Shown: positions 27,739 through 42,947 of the stretch, one piece after another | Numbering within the stretch: the first letter of the stretch is position 1 | Layout: each line of letters begins with the position of its first letter | Assembly: GCA_951406725.2 (NCBI GenBank) | Contig: OX597830.1 | Coordinates: 27,776,001-27,840,000, forward strand | Origin: Octopus vulgaris | Taxonomy: Eukaryota | Direction of reading: 5' to 3' | Length of the DNA: 64,000 nucleotides | Made by a program: the position numbers and the translations under genes | The notes under the pieces: model-generated | What the model was told of the DNA's origin: nothing | What the model saw: only the letters and a program-made list of their open reading frames with translations | Databases searched by the model: none

Positions 27739-27922
27739 ATGAGCATAATATGCTGTACTATATACAGGTGGTGCTATTAAGTTAGGCATGGCCTGGGCCA
27801 ATAATGGCCGAAACCTATCAAAGTACCAAAGTATATATATATTCATATATATATGTATATACATATATATATATATATGCATATATATATATATTGAGAT
27901 GGCAAATATACTTCACATTGTC

Positions 27923-28014
<92 letters not shown>

Positions 28015-28015
<1 letters not shown>

Positions 28016-28290
28016 GTGACAAGAACGCAAAACATCCGCAGGTGATACAAAAAGGGGCTACAAAACATCCAGATAAACGATAAAAAGAGAAAACAAGGAC
28101 GAGTCATTCGGAGTTTTCTTTCCTCAGTCGAGTTCCAGATGATCTTTGCAATTTCGCCTGGTTATACTTGAGATTGCTCCAATCTGGCCAAGCGCAAGGA
28201 AAAATAAAGCTAAAAGCATTAGATTCCTTGGAAGAAAGCTGCGAATGTATACGAAAACAAGGACGGAAAAAACAAACGGGGCATGTTGCA
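28015..28290 (-). mobile_element. Family D short element
   Basis: Homologous to 19230-19500 and 9600-9895, with (TA)n flanks. Confidence 0.6.
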
Positions 28291-28519
28291 TAATATATAT
28301 ATGTTTATACACACATAGCTAGTGTATGTATAAGTTATTAAATATACATCTCTACAGCATTTTTCCTATCGAACAACCGCAAAGGCTAGTGACTTAAATA
28401 TAAATTTCTATATATCTATATACACACATGCATGCATACATAATTACAAGCATAACCAGGCTTAAACATACACACACATACACATATAAATTCACACAAA
28501 CCCGTATATATAAAAACAT

Positions 28520-28652
<133 letters not shown>

Positions 28653-28946
28653 GGAATCTTTGCATATACGTAGTTCTTTATCTCTTTCTGGATAGCTCGT
28701 CATATTTCGCTAATTCTGTTGTAGTTTCTAGAGTTTGAGATATACTGCGCTAAGAAAGGATTATCAAATCAAATTAGATGTTACTGTAAATCAAAGAATG
28801 ATGGGAGATTTTTAGAAAGATTAAGCAGTCGGGCATTTATTTAACCTGTTGCATAGCAATTACTTATTTGACATTTTGGAGCTACCATTCAATACGTACA
28901 TCTGTGTGTGTATATACTTATGTATATATATATATATATATATAAA

Positions 28947-28991
<45 letters not shown>

Positions 28992-29399
28992 ATGTATACA
29001 AACATGTATGTTTGTATAGATGCATATATCTATACAAATATAAATATATGTCTATATGTATATATGTGTCTGTATGCATATATATATATATATATATACA
29101 CACACATATATGCATATGTGTGTTTACAGATATAATCATATATATGTGGTTATGTAAATGTATACCTATTTGTATATGAATTTGTGTGAGTGTCTGTGTG
29201 TGTGTATGTGTGTATAACATCTGTCTATCCCTCTTTGTGTGTAATACACATAAACAACCTATATTTCACTGTGAATTCTTCAATGCCTCCGTTTACATAC
29301 AAATTATAGTTAATTCCATAAGTAAGTGCACAAAGGCATTAAATTGCACGTATTTATATCAAGTATATATATATACATATACATATACATATACATATA

Positions 29400-29454
<55 letters not shown>

Positions 29455-29928
29455 CTCTACACACGTATTTTCGTGATGTGTTTATGTCATTGAATATGCA
29501 TACATAAGTACTTAGTGTACACAGAAATATATTAATATATGTGTAATTACGTACACAAATAACGTTAATATATTTAGATACATACATTGCAGCGAAAAAT
29601 ATTAGCATGTATATATAAAATTCTACACTAAGCTATATAGATGAGTAACCTACACATAAATGACAAGCACATAATTCCAAGTATGTTTAGATGTATGTAA
29701 TTATGTATGGAGATATGCAGATGCTTATTTATATACAAATATACGCATGTGTGGTTTTGTATATCAACGTACATATGCGTATGTAGTTGTGTGTATAAAG
29801 TGTAGGTGAATTAGGAGTTATAATTAGGTATATTTGTATTTAAGTGTGTGTGTACAGATGTATGTATGTATGTATGCATGTATGTATGCATGCATGTATG
29901 TATCTATCTATCTATCTATCTATCTATC

Positions 29929-29973
<45 letters not shown>

Positions 29974-30078
29974 TCATGTCTATCTACCTACCATTCTATC
30001 ACTCTGTTTTTCAATGTATTTATCTGTAATTATATAAGTTGAGATATCCATATAGTATATGTATATGTATATGTATCC

Positions 30079-30282
<204 letters not shown>

Positions 30283-30584
30283 TACATATATATATACATA
30301 TATATATGCATATATATATATGTAATATATTTGTAAATGCTCATACATATGTATGTATGTATGCCAAATACATACAGGCATTATGTGTAGAACAATGAAG
30401 CTTTGCATTGGGTCTTTCATTAGCAAAAGATAGAAAAACCAACAAAATGTATTAAAGATTATTATTTCTTAAACCTCACATGACAAATGAATCGAATTGA
30501 GCAGAAAGAATGGGCCGGTATTTTATTCATTATTGATTTCTGTGAAGCGTGTGTATATTCGAGCATTTCTTTCTGTGTTTGAAG

Positions 30585-30672
<88 letters not shown>

Positions 30673-31605
30673 GCGCATGCGTCACTTGTGTCGTTCTGTG
30701 TGTATTTGCCTTGTCTATTTGTGTGAGTTTCTGTTGTGTGTAGTTGTTTATTTATGTTCATGGGTGTCGGGCGGTAGATTTAGAAAATCAATTTATTTCA
30801 ATAAGAAAGCAAGAAAGCTGTAATTAACGTTATAAAAATTCCAGCCTTTTATCCAGCTGTTCGGGATTTTAACGACAACTGAGAGAAAATAGCGTTTGGG
30901 ATTAATCCGGCTTGCTGGGTAAATGTATTGATCAAATAGACTTGCCGTTAGTTCGCATCGAGCATAGTGTCATTTCATCTAAGTTTGATACTTTCCCGGA
31001 TTTAGAATTAAGATATAACAGTATAGTCACTCTCTTACTCATTCTCACACATACGCGTACAATCTACAAACAGAACATATACATACATATATATACATAT
31101 ATATAGAAAGAGGCACACACATATACGTACAGGCGCTCATCAATCTCAACCTTTATTAATGACTTTTCTCTTCTGTCTAAACCCTACCACCAGCTTAGCC
31201 GCGCGTTAATTCACGTCTTAGGAAATGGACACGATTAAATTGACCTTGAAGACGTAGTCATTGGAGTTTGGTGTTGGGTTGGTCTTGTGAAGTTCTGGCT
31301 AGAGGCCTATAGTAATATCGGTAGACGTGGGCGCACTAGTAGCAATTTTTGAAAGAGCCAGATAGATAAGTGGTTAGAGGCACTGGAACAACGAGAGTTG
31401 GTAGGTTAACAAATAAGTAAGAACTTTCCTGAATAATGTATGTATATAGGTACGTATATATGTTTGTACATATATGTGTGTGTGTGTGTATATATGTATA
31501 CATACATGTGCGTACATATATACATGTGTATATTAAAACTGATATCATATGGAAGGACCTCAACTGAAAATTGTGCGTAAATATATATGTACACACACAT
31601 ATATA

Positions 31606-31938
31606 TTCTTTTACTTTTTTCAGTCTGTGGCCATGCTGGAGCACCTCCTTTAGTCAACCAAATCGACCCCAGGGGTTATTCCTCACAAGCCCAGTACTTA
31701 TTCTGTCAGTATCTTTTGCCGAACCGCTAAGTTACGGGGACGCAAACACACCAGCATCGGATGCCAAGCGATGTTGGGGAGGGGCAAACATATGCACGCA
31801 CATACATATATATATACATATATACAAACTGGCTTCTTTCAGTTTCCGTCTGTCAAATCCACTCACAAAGCTTTAGTAGAAGACACTTGCCCAAGGTGCT
31901 GAACCCAGAACTTACTACACAGCCACTCTTATAGCGCC
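31606..31938 (-). mobile_element. Family A SINE, internally deleted
   Basis: Tail GGCCATGCTGGAGCACC and head remnants GAAGACACTTGCCCAAGGTGC. Confidence 0.8.
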
Positions 31939-32169
31939 TATATGTATGTATGTATGTGTGTGTGTGTGTAAGTAATGCTTTTACATTTTAAACATGCCGA
32001 GACAATGATGAGAATGATATCCATGATGGTCGATGAGAGGGTTTCTCCTCTGTATTTCTCCTTGTCCCCTTGTTCTTTTCGGTTAACTGTTTCCATGATA
32101 TATTTTGATTTTTCGTTATATGTATATATATATGCGCAAACACACATGTACATATATATGTGTGTATAT

Positions 32170-33580
32170 GCTGTTATCCTTATCTCAAACGGGAAAATAG
32201 CCTGGGCTGGAATAAATTTAAAGACAATCCCTAAAGCCATATATAGATTTTCAAAAGAATCACCTTCAGTGCGATACGATACAGGGTCACTTTCGAACAA
32301 AATGGCTCCCGGTCTGCGGACTCTCAAAAGATAAGTGAAATACTGATTGTGCAATACAAAAATGTTACGGCTCTTTCAAATAAATACGCCGAACAAGTTA
32401 CCATAATTGTACACGAAAGGTTGACAATTATCAATTACATAGCGACAGAAGAAGCTGATCAACCGTTGACTAAATGAGCTCAAACTCATTTACGTCTGAT
32501 GTATTTCAAGCAATACCCAAAATTAATCAAAGTGTCCTTAGCAAGACTACTAGAGATCCTCTTTCAGAGTTTCCCTGCAAGAGATAGCTTGCCAGAAATT
32601 TAAAGGCGAGCATAATGTGTCCATCCATTAAGGAGGAGGTAGAGCAGATGCTAAAAATTATAGGCCTGTCGCTTCAACTTCCCATGACAGCAAAGTTAAG
32701 GAACGAATTGCCAGGAGGAAGCCGGTCATATTCCTAGAAAATAATGTCTTTCTCCCTGACCGCCAGCATAACTTCCGCTCAGAAAAAAACAACCCCACAC
32801 AAATTCTGCAGCATTGTAACTGGATGCTGAAGTAAAGTATGAATCACTCAAACGTGGATGCTATATATCTCGATATGGCAATGACCTTTCATAAGGTTGA
32901 TCATAGGATGGCATATCACAAAACTCGGCGTAGCTGGAAAAGTTATAGGGTGGTTGCATGGATCCTTAAAAGTAAGAAGCTTGTATGTAGCAGCCAATAG
33001 AATCCTCTCGAAGGAAGCATTAATAGCAAGTGGAGTGCTTCAGGAAACTGTCTTCGGGGCGCTGTTGTTTGTAGTTCCATCTCAAATATCACGTCCGTTA
33101 TACAGGCAGTAATTCTTACTAGCTATGCAAAGAAAACAAATGTAGCAGAAGCAGTCAGGTATCCTCGCGATGCTAAACTACTACAGAAAGATCTAGCTGC
33201 TATATATTATAAGTGGGCTGGACAAAACAATGTAGAATCTAATATATAAGAATTCCCAACTGACCGCTTTCTGCCGGCTTGGGATAACAAGCCACAACAA
33301 AAGAACTTTGTAGTAAAGAGAACGGCGATCCCATAGTAAAAGACAGTGCGCGACCTGGTAATTGGTATGATCAGTAATGCATAGTTTCATGCACCTACAG
33401 TAGGATGATAAAACTGGGTATGTGAATTGCTACATGGATCGTGAAATCATTCATAACACAGGATCACAAAACTATGATGATCCTATGGCGGATGCTTATC
33501 CTCAGCCGTCTTGAATACTGGTCTTAACTATGGCCACTCTACGTGTCAATTTAATAGAGAAAATAGAGGCAGTTCAGCTG
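32170..33580 (+). pseudogene. Old CR1-type LINE ORF2 reverse transcriptase fragment, heavily frameshifted
   Basis: KTIPKAIYRFSK, DAKNYRPVASTSH, QHNFR, VDAIYLDMAMTFHKVDH, SGVLQETVFGALLF and SYAKKT (decayed YADDT). Confidence 0.85.
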
Positions 33581-33589
33581 TGCTTCCGT

Positions 33590-33742
33590 CAAGGCTTCTT
33601 TCAGTTTCCGTCTACCAAATCCACTCACAAGGCATTGGTCGGCTCGAGGCTATAGTAGAAGACACTTGCCCAAGGTGCCACGAAGTGGGATTGAACCCGG
33701 ATCCATGTGGTTGGTAAGCAAGCTACTTACCACACAGCCAAG
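33590..33742 (-). mobile_element. Family A SINE, head half
   Basis: GGCTTCTTTCAGTTTCCGTCTACC...CTTACCACACAGCCA. Confidence 0.85.
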
Positions 33743-34012
33743 CTCTGCCATGACCTAGAACAAAAAAAAAAGCAGCAAAAATTACAAAATAAACAACAAT
33801 TATTCGCTGTCGTACGCTGGTTATACATTTGTTTTTTCCCTTATGGTGACGATCAAATACCTTTACTCTAACATTGGAGCATTACCATTATCATTCCTTT
33901 CTAAAAGGACAATGGCTTCTTCCGGTACAATTGAAAACATTTCGTACTTTCTCTTCTCCTTCATGGTGTCTCTTGTTTTACAAAGTTATCTATTATATTA
34001 TATTACATTGTT

Positions 34013-34058
<46 letters not shown>

Positions 34059-34106
34059 GTCTCTGTTTTCCATTCTCCCTCCTCCTCTATATCTGTGTGT
34101 GTGTGT

Positions 34107-34167
<61 letters not shown>

Positions 34168-34275
34168 CATACACACATATAGGCGCACACACCCACAGTC
34201 ATATATATAGTAATACAAATTTTCAATAGTATCGAAGGAATGAGAGAAGAATGTTCAGTACATATTATAGAGTAT

Positions 34276-34320
<45 letters not shown>

Positions 34321-34341
34321 GTCTATGTATGTATTAACCAG

Positions 34342-34442
<101 letters not shown>

Positions 34443-34451
34443 GGATGGCAG

Positions 34452-34505
<54 letters not shown>

Positions 34506-34564
34506 CTGATCAATTTGTCCCCCTTTTTTTTTTTATCCCCTCCTTTTTTGTCTCTTCTTTCCAT

Positions 34565-34674
34565 TACGATCCCTTTTGATCGAAAACCAAACCCCCTTCT
34601 TTACCCCAAAAGAAAAGCTCTACCTTGTAATTTTGTCCTGTCTGTGTGCAGCCCTGTGACTTATAAAGAAACAT
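34565..34674 (+). mobile_element. Retroelement 3' tail next to (CTAT)n
   Basis: Inverse copy of 21830-21944. Confidence 0.65.
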
Positions 34675-34699
34675 ATCTATCTATCTATGCATATTTATA

Positions 34700-35050
34700 G
34701 TTTTGTTCTTATTGTATGGGTCTACTTTTGTCCGTTTAGGTGGGGATATAAACAAGCTAGCACCGGTTGACAGGCGCTGAGAGACAAAGACGCACATACT
34801 CGCACAATGCACACTTAGACACACTCATCCCCATACGCACCCCCCCACAAAAATACACCCACACAGACGTGTGTGTGTGCGTACGACAGCCTTCTAGACA
34901 ATTTCCATATGCGAAATTCACTCACAAAGAATTAATCGAACCAATTCCATAATAGAAGACATTTGCCCAAGGTGCCACTAAGTGACATTGAATGCGTAGC
35001 CAAACACATAGCTGGGAAAAGACTCTTAACTACATACCCTGTCGCTGCAA
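34700..35050 (-). mobile_element. Decayed family A SINE
   Basis: AAATTCACTCACAAAG...TAGAAGACATTTGCCCAAGGTGCCAC. Confidence 0.65.
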
Positions 35051-35709
35051 ACATATACAGAAACAAATGCTCATATGGACGAATTCAAGAGAGTTTTTCA
35101 GTAAGCGTCAAGGACCTGCAGCTATTTCTCTTATGTCTTTACTATTGTTGGTATCATATCAGCAAACTAGCTGACCCTGTGCCGTTAAAACTGCCGGCTA
35201 ATTGTAGTATTTTATATATAAATAAGGTGCATAATAATCACAGATACAAACATTCACATACTTCCTTTGTACATGCATACACATACACACATATAGTCAA
35301 ACTGAGGTGAAATGCTCTTTGAGTTTTCTTTACAGCATTGAACGTTCACCATCCTATTTCCATTGCATACACACACGCAAATACACAAACACATTCATAT
35401 AACTCCCTTTAACATACACACACATATACATATACAGATTTGAAACGCTGATTTTTTTCACCCCTTCCTTCGATATTCATCTACCACCCCTTCCTTTCTC
35501 ATTCATATGTTCTGACGGAGAAAAATAGAAAATACACGACGCGGTCTTTGCTACTTCCTTTCTCTCATTGCTCTTACATTCGCTCACTCTCTCTGAATCA
35601 GCGCTATTGCTCTCACTACCTCTCCTTCACTGAATTACTATATTCTCTCCTCTCCATTCACTTATACTACAATGGTCATACTCAATCCTACTCCTGTGCT
35701 GCGATTTTG

Positions 35710-35787
<78 letters not shown>

Positions 35788-35899
35788 ACTACGCTTCTTA
35801 TTATATTAGGAGATCAGCGTTATAAGAATGACTATCATTAGTTAGCCTGAAAGCTAATATTTATAACATAGTATTATGGAAAAAATATCATTTATTTTT

Positions 35900-36983
<1,084 letters not shown>

Positions 36984-37556
36984 CAATAAATAAATTCACA
37001 ATCAGCTTCATTAATATCGATATTTTATTGCGAGTATTGTAGATAATTGCTGGTTATAGAGATATATCCGAGATCTATGAGGTAAAACGTTTTAACCTTT
37101 GACCTGTCTATCACTGTGAATATCGTATAATGCGTTTTACAATGATATCTTGTAAGACTACAAATTGGAAGAATTGTTAGAGTGTACGATACAATGCCTT
37201 CAGTATTTGTTCTGTTGATCTACATCCTGAGTTCAAAGTACACCGAGGCCAATATTGCCTTTTAACCTTCGAGTCCGATGCCATAAGTCCAGATTGCTGG
37301 AACCGTTCGGTGGACTTGCGGTAACTATTCTGGACCTCCGCATCGATACAACCTTTTGCGAGCGTGTTTGTGTATGCGAGCTTGGGGTGTGTGTATGAGT
37401 CTGTATTCGTCTCCCGCCACCACTTGATAACCGAGGTTGTTTTGTTTACATCCCAATAAGATAGTGTTTCGCTAGCAGAAGCTGATAGAATAAGTACCTG
37501 AATTAATAATAACAAATACTAGGATCGATTCGCTCAACAAAATGTATTTCAATTTT

Positions 37557-37686
37557 ACAATTGACGGATATTTGTCCTCACCTTCTTTGTTGTTAACACA
37601 ACGTTTCGGCTGATATACTCTCCAGCCTTCATCAGGTACTTGGGGAAATTTCGAACCTGAGTTTTCATTCCTAAGGTACTTTTCGA

Positions 37687-37728
<42 letters not shown>

Positions 37729-37889
37729 CATTATTATTATTCAGGTCACTGCCAGGAATCGAATTAGGAATTTTGGGATGAGTAGCCCGCGCTCTTAACC
37801 ACTACGCCATATGCCCATGGGCAAGATGAGGATAAATATCCGTCAATTGTGAACAATGTACATAATTCTCATCTGTTAAATATAGAACA
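37557..37889 (-). mobile_element. tRNA-headed element containing a hammerhead, bracketed by an inverted copy of its own tail
   Basis: Minus head GGGCATATGGCGTAGTGGTTAAGAGCGCGGGCTAC...TTCGATTCCTGGCAGTG (37747-37816), then (AAT)n and the hammerhead. Inverted repeats at 37557-37584 and 37823-37850. Confidence 0.8.
37594..37641 (-). ncRNA. Minimal type-I hammerhead ribozyme motif, intact core
   Basis: Minus AGTAC-CTGATGA-A-GGCTG-GAGAGTATAT-CAGCC-GAAA-CG-TT-GTGTT. Confidence 0.75.
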
Positions 37890-37891
37890 GG

Positions 37892-38020
37892 TAAAAGTGT
37901 ACATAAAAAGTGTATATAAAAGTATATAAAAAGTATATAAAAAGTGTATATAAAGTGTATATAAAAAGTGTATATAAAAAGTGTATATAAAAAGTATAAA
38001 GTGTATATAAAAGTGAATAT
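37892..38020. repeat. Minisatellite, unit about AAAAGTGTATATA
   Basis: About ten imperfect tandem copies are visible. Confidence 0.85.
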
Positions 38021-38435
38021 CTACTTAGAATATGAATTAGAGTTTATGATAATTTCTCTCCAAATTTCTTCTTTAATTCAAGTTTGGATATTCAGATTTT
38101 AGAAAAAATTCTAGTCATTTTTTTTGTGAAATTTTAGATACATATGTCTAAATGAGCTTCTTATTTATTTGAAACCACAAATGAGCAGAAAAGAAAAGGA
38201 TAAAATATTTCAGAAAAATTTGAACAAACTTTAATGAAGGCAAGCAAATCTAAAAACCGTTCTTGAATGCATATTTCCAGTTGGTAGTTTACCGGGGTTC
38301 AAAAGCTCTTATTTCTACCATTCTTAACAAATAGAAACAAAAGAATCCGGTTTCAAAAAGTGGAATACGGTTCTAATGAAATTCTTTCTAATGTTACCTC
38401 AAAATTGCCATGTGCTTGACAAAATGCTTCAAAAG

Positions 38436-38583
<148 letters not shown>

Positions 38584-38771
38584 GTATACATAATGTTGTA
38601 TATATACATATGTGTATATCTGTCTGCGTGTATGTATATATGTAGTAAGTCTAGTGATGAAAAGACTGTAGTCACAAGGTTGATATCGGTGATGATGATG
38701 ATGACGATGATGATGATAATGATAATGATAAAGATGATGCTGACGATGGTGATGGTGGTGATGATGATGAA

Positions 38772-38814
<43 letters not shown>

Positions 38815-39072
38815 GTGATGATGGCCACGAGTGCGATGGTGGTGGTGAAAGCTGTTGTGGTGGTAGTGGTGTTGCTGGTACCGGTATTAGTCAAGTTAGT
38901 GCTATATGAAGAAATATTGTATAGTGACAATTTGCTCTTAGAAGCAGACGTAAGCCATACTACGTTCATTCCATCGTAATGAATGTTTTGTGTGTGTTTC
39001 TACGTAGTTACGTATGTATGTACGTATATATATATATATATATGTAAATGTGTTTGTCTGTGTATGTATGCT

Positions 39073-39109
<37 letters not shown>

Positions 39110-39139
39110 GTATATATGTGCATATATGTGTATTGTATG

Positions 39140-39173
<34 letters not shown>

Positions 39174-39392
39174 CTATGTATATATATAAATATATATATG
39201 TATGTATATATATATATAGACGCATGTATGTGGCAAGTACAAATACAAAAACAGAAAATCTTATTAGATGCCACTTCCATTACAGTGTCAGTCCATTGCG
39301 CATGAAACGGCCTCCATCACTGTCAGCTACTGATGCTGATCAATATACACATACATAGCATCATATATACGCACATATATGTGTATATACAT

Positions 39393-39490
<98 letters not shown>

Positions 39491-40073
39491 GTATATGCAT
39501 GCACACACATACATATATGAGATGTGTGTGAGTGTGCGGTGAATGCATATTTGTGAGAAGATCTGTGGTGCGAGTTTTGTTTTTACGTAACGATGCGCTG
39601 TGAAGATGTCGTATTGATTCATGTCGCAGGTTTTCGGCGAAACATTGACAAGGCGTTATTCACCTGGATTTTAATGTTGTCTTCAGAAAAAGACGAACGA
39701 GAGAGAGGGAGAGAGAGGGGGAGAGAGAGAGGGGGGAGATAGAGCGAGAGAGAGAGAGAGAGAGAAGACCGAAAGCAAAAAAAAAGAAATAATAATAATA
39801 ACAAAAAGCCTAATTTTATAGTTGATGTTGACGTCCATCCTTCTATACTTCCATCGGCTAGTAGTAGTAGTAGTAGTAGTAGTTGTTGTTGTTGCTGTTG
39901 TTGCTGTTTTTACTACTTATTCATATTGTTGTAATGTTGTTGTTTTTTTTCCTTTAAGTTGTTGTTGTTATTACAGTTGTCGGTAGGTTTGCTTTTATGT
40001 GCAACATGCCACTTTTAAGGCTGTTAGTGAGAAGAAATAATTTAAAGGGAAGGAAGAAGACAAAGTAAAGAGA

Positions 40074-40116
<43 letters not shown>

Positions 40117-40639
40117 TGTCAGAGACATGGGGGGAGACAAGAAAAAGAGAAAGAAAAAATATAGGAGCGGAGGGAGTAAAGCATTGCAGCATCGTTCATT
40201 TCTGCATTTTGCACAACAAAAGGAATTGGATTTATTCCAAGACAACTGTATGTCCATTTTTGTTTGTTCTTTCTATTTTCATTATTGCGAATTTGGAAAA
40301 TTGCATTTGACTAATAGAATGTGCAAAACCTTATAAAACGCAGGATCGGATGAAAGCCGAAGAAAATAGCACAAAGAAAGACCGAAAATGTAATGAAGGT
40401 TTAGAAGGAAAGCAGGTATAAGAAATCATTTGAAAGAAAGAAAGGATGGGAAAGGAAAAAGAAGAAGAAAAAAATATAAAAACAAAAAGAAAAGAATGAT
40501 GAGAGATGTATAATGAATAAAGGTTGATGACGAGAATCTAGGGAAAGAAATATTGTGATGCTACACGCTGTGTCTTTCAGCCGTTATGTTTCTCACCTCC
40601 AGTCACTCCCTCGTGTATTTGTTTCTATCTCTCTGTCTG

Positions 40640-40723
<84 letters not shown>

Positions 40724-41279
40724 CCTATCTGTGAATCTATCTATCCATCTATCTATTTAGTTATCTATTTTGCTTTGTGTACGTCTTATATTTTCTGGTT
40801 TTATTTATTCGTATGCAGCCACTGTGCCGGTTCGCGAGTTGGTTTTTCTCATTTAAATTTTATTTCAGTGACGTGCACATTTTATGAAACCCTGTTCTTA
40901 TCATGTGGCTATTTGACTCTTTTAGATATGAGAGCTGTAAATGATTTATCTGCCTCTAGTGTAAGCTACTACATATCTATATAGCGGATACTTTTATCTT
41001 GCTTATTCGCAGGTTGTCCCTCTACGAAAAACCGTAGTATGAAAGACGTTCCAGATGTGACCGTCCCATTGTTTAGTGTGGATATGTACTTGTCAATATA
41101 CCTGTAAACATATCCATACGCACACTTACACACATACACACGCACGCAAACATACACACACATGGACACACACGCACACAAACACGGACATACACCCACA
41201 CACCCACACGCAAACATATATATACAATGTACGCTCGTCACAAATGAAGACCGGATCTGTCTATCTGTATATCATATGT

Positions 41280-42530
41280 ATATGAAGAGACTTAGCGATA
41301 TCTACATTTAGACTGCCCATTCAGATTGTCCAACATCCACAGATAGTTGCAGATTATTTACAATAGGAATTGGCCCAAATAGTGTAAATGTTTAAAGAAA
41401 AGAAACCTATCTTGATGACAAGCCATGGAGAAGGAGACCTTCAACTGCGATCAATGATTCGAATCTGTAGTGGAAGGACGAATTGATTCACGTCATTTGA
41501 CGACTCAGAAACAGTGATTTTGCTGCATAACGTGACTATGGTTACAATGCATTACAGTAGATAATGGAAGACTTTAGGTATTTTAAAGCTTGTGCAAACT
41601 GGGTACCTCGGTGGTTGATAACCGATGTGATTGAAAGAGGCCGGTTTTCATCCGAAGAAAGCCTTTGAAGTCACTCAAGATACATTTTTCCTCGCTATGG
41701 TGACAGGCAAACATATCTGGTTGTGTTTTTGAGATCAGCAATGAAATGATGTTGCCTTTCTTCTCCAAGTTTTAAGATTTTGAGAGCCAGCAATCGGCAC
41801 AGAGAGATACGACAACTGTTTTGGGGGAACAACAAGTGTGTTACTCTCCTTGATTTAATGGAAGGTGGCTGTATCATGAACAGCAACCATTATCATTATG
41901 GCTGGGTTCCAACCTGGGCCTCAGCAACAAAGTCCACCCACCATACTTATCGGTCCATCATCACTGCCTCTAGGTCCTGGACACATTCCAGGCCAGTGCC
42001 TGCAAGCAAGTTGTTGATGTAACAATGACGACGTTTTGACCTTACATCACTATGAAGTATGTTCCACACGACTAATTTGGAAGCTTCCAGTACAGGGTGG
42101 CGCACACAGTGACCAGATAGCTGCAGCCGTCTTTGCTTGATCTCCCTAACTTTCAGCAGGTGTATATAGACGCATTCATTTGTCATATGTTGTCACCATT
42201 TCCTATTTAATGTCATTCGTAGCATACTTGTGTAGCATCCCTTTTGCTCGTTCGGTAATTCCTTTGTCAGCGTCGATGTTTCATTACCACATAAAAACAC
42301 TGATTCGAAAATTGAACCTGAAAATGATCCACATTTATCAGGGCAACACACGACCAAACATACTTTTGGTAACAGATCAGATCGTCGACAAATTGGAAAG
42401 TAGGTATTACAGTAAGCTCCTGAATTTTATTGAAGAGAATTCGAGAGTTACGTTCAAAGATGGTGCAATTCATTGCTTATGACAGAGACTCACTTTGATA
42501 GTACTTTTGAATAGAGGACGACTTACTCTA
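41280..42530 (+). pseudogene. Decayed mariner transposase interrupted by an RTE fragment
   Basis: DDKPWRRRPSTA, KACANWVPRWL, MVTG, FWGNNKCVTLLDLMEGGCIMNSNHY and, after the insert, IYQGNTRPN (decayed HDNARPH). Confidence 0.75.
41895..42240 (-). pseudogene. RTE/RTE-X-type LINE 3' end
   Basis: KQRRLQLSGHCVRHPVLEASKLVVW...YINNLLAGTGLE...MMDR*VW is a typical RTE-group C-terminus. Confidence 0.75.
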
Positions 42531-42659
42531 CAAACATCACATATGTCAGTAAATAAAAACAACTTATGACCGCATTTGCATGATATTTGGTAGAACGGTC
42601 GGGTGTCTATTCACACATGGTTGTATGTATGTGTTTATGTTTGTATGTAAGTGTGTATA

Positions 42660-42723
<64 letters not shown>

Positions 42724-42766
42724 ATATATATATATTTATAATAAGTGTAGGTCGTATACGAGTGGG

Positions 42767-42876
42767 TATATATTTATGAAAAGAAGTTTGAATACGCCAC
42801 TATATAAGATAAATTTTAATTTTAAAATTTATCTTATATAGTGGCGTTTTCAAACTTCTTTTTTATAAATATATAT
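42767..42876. repeat. Near-perfect palindrome with arms of about 53 bp
   Basis: AAAAGAAGTTTGAATACGCCACTATATAAGATAAATTTTAA pairs with TTAAAATTTATCTTATATAGTGGCGTTTTCAAACTTCTTTT. Confidence 0.9.
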
Positions 42877-42916
42877 ATATATATTCTATCATATACATAC
42901 ATATATGCATGAAGGG

Positions 42917-42947
<31 letters not shown>

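Noticed and set aside
28098-28135. CTGA(G/A)GA...GAAT motif in family D elements (also about 9822 and 19335)
   Set aside because: It has GAAT instead of GAAA, and stems II and III are weak or absent. It may be a decayed hammerhead but is not supportable.
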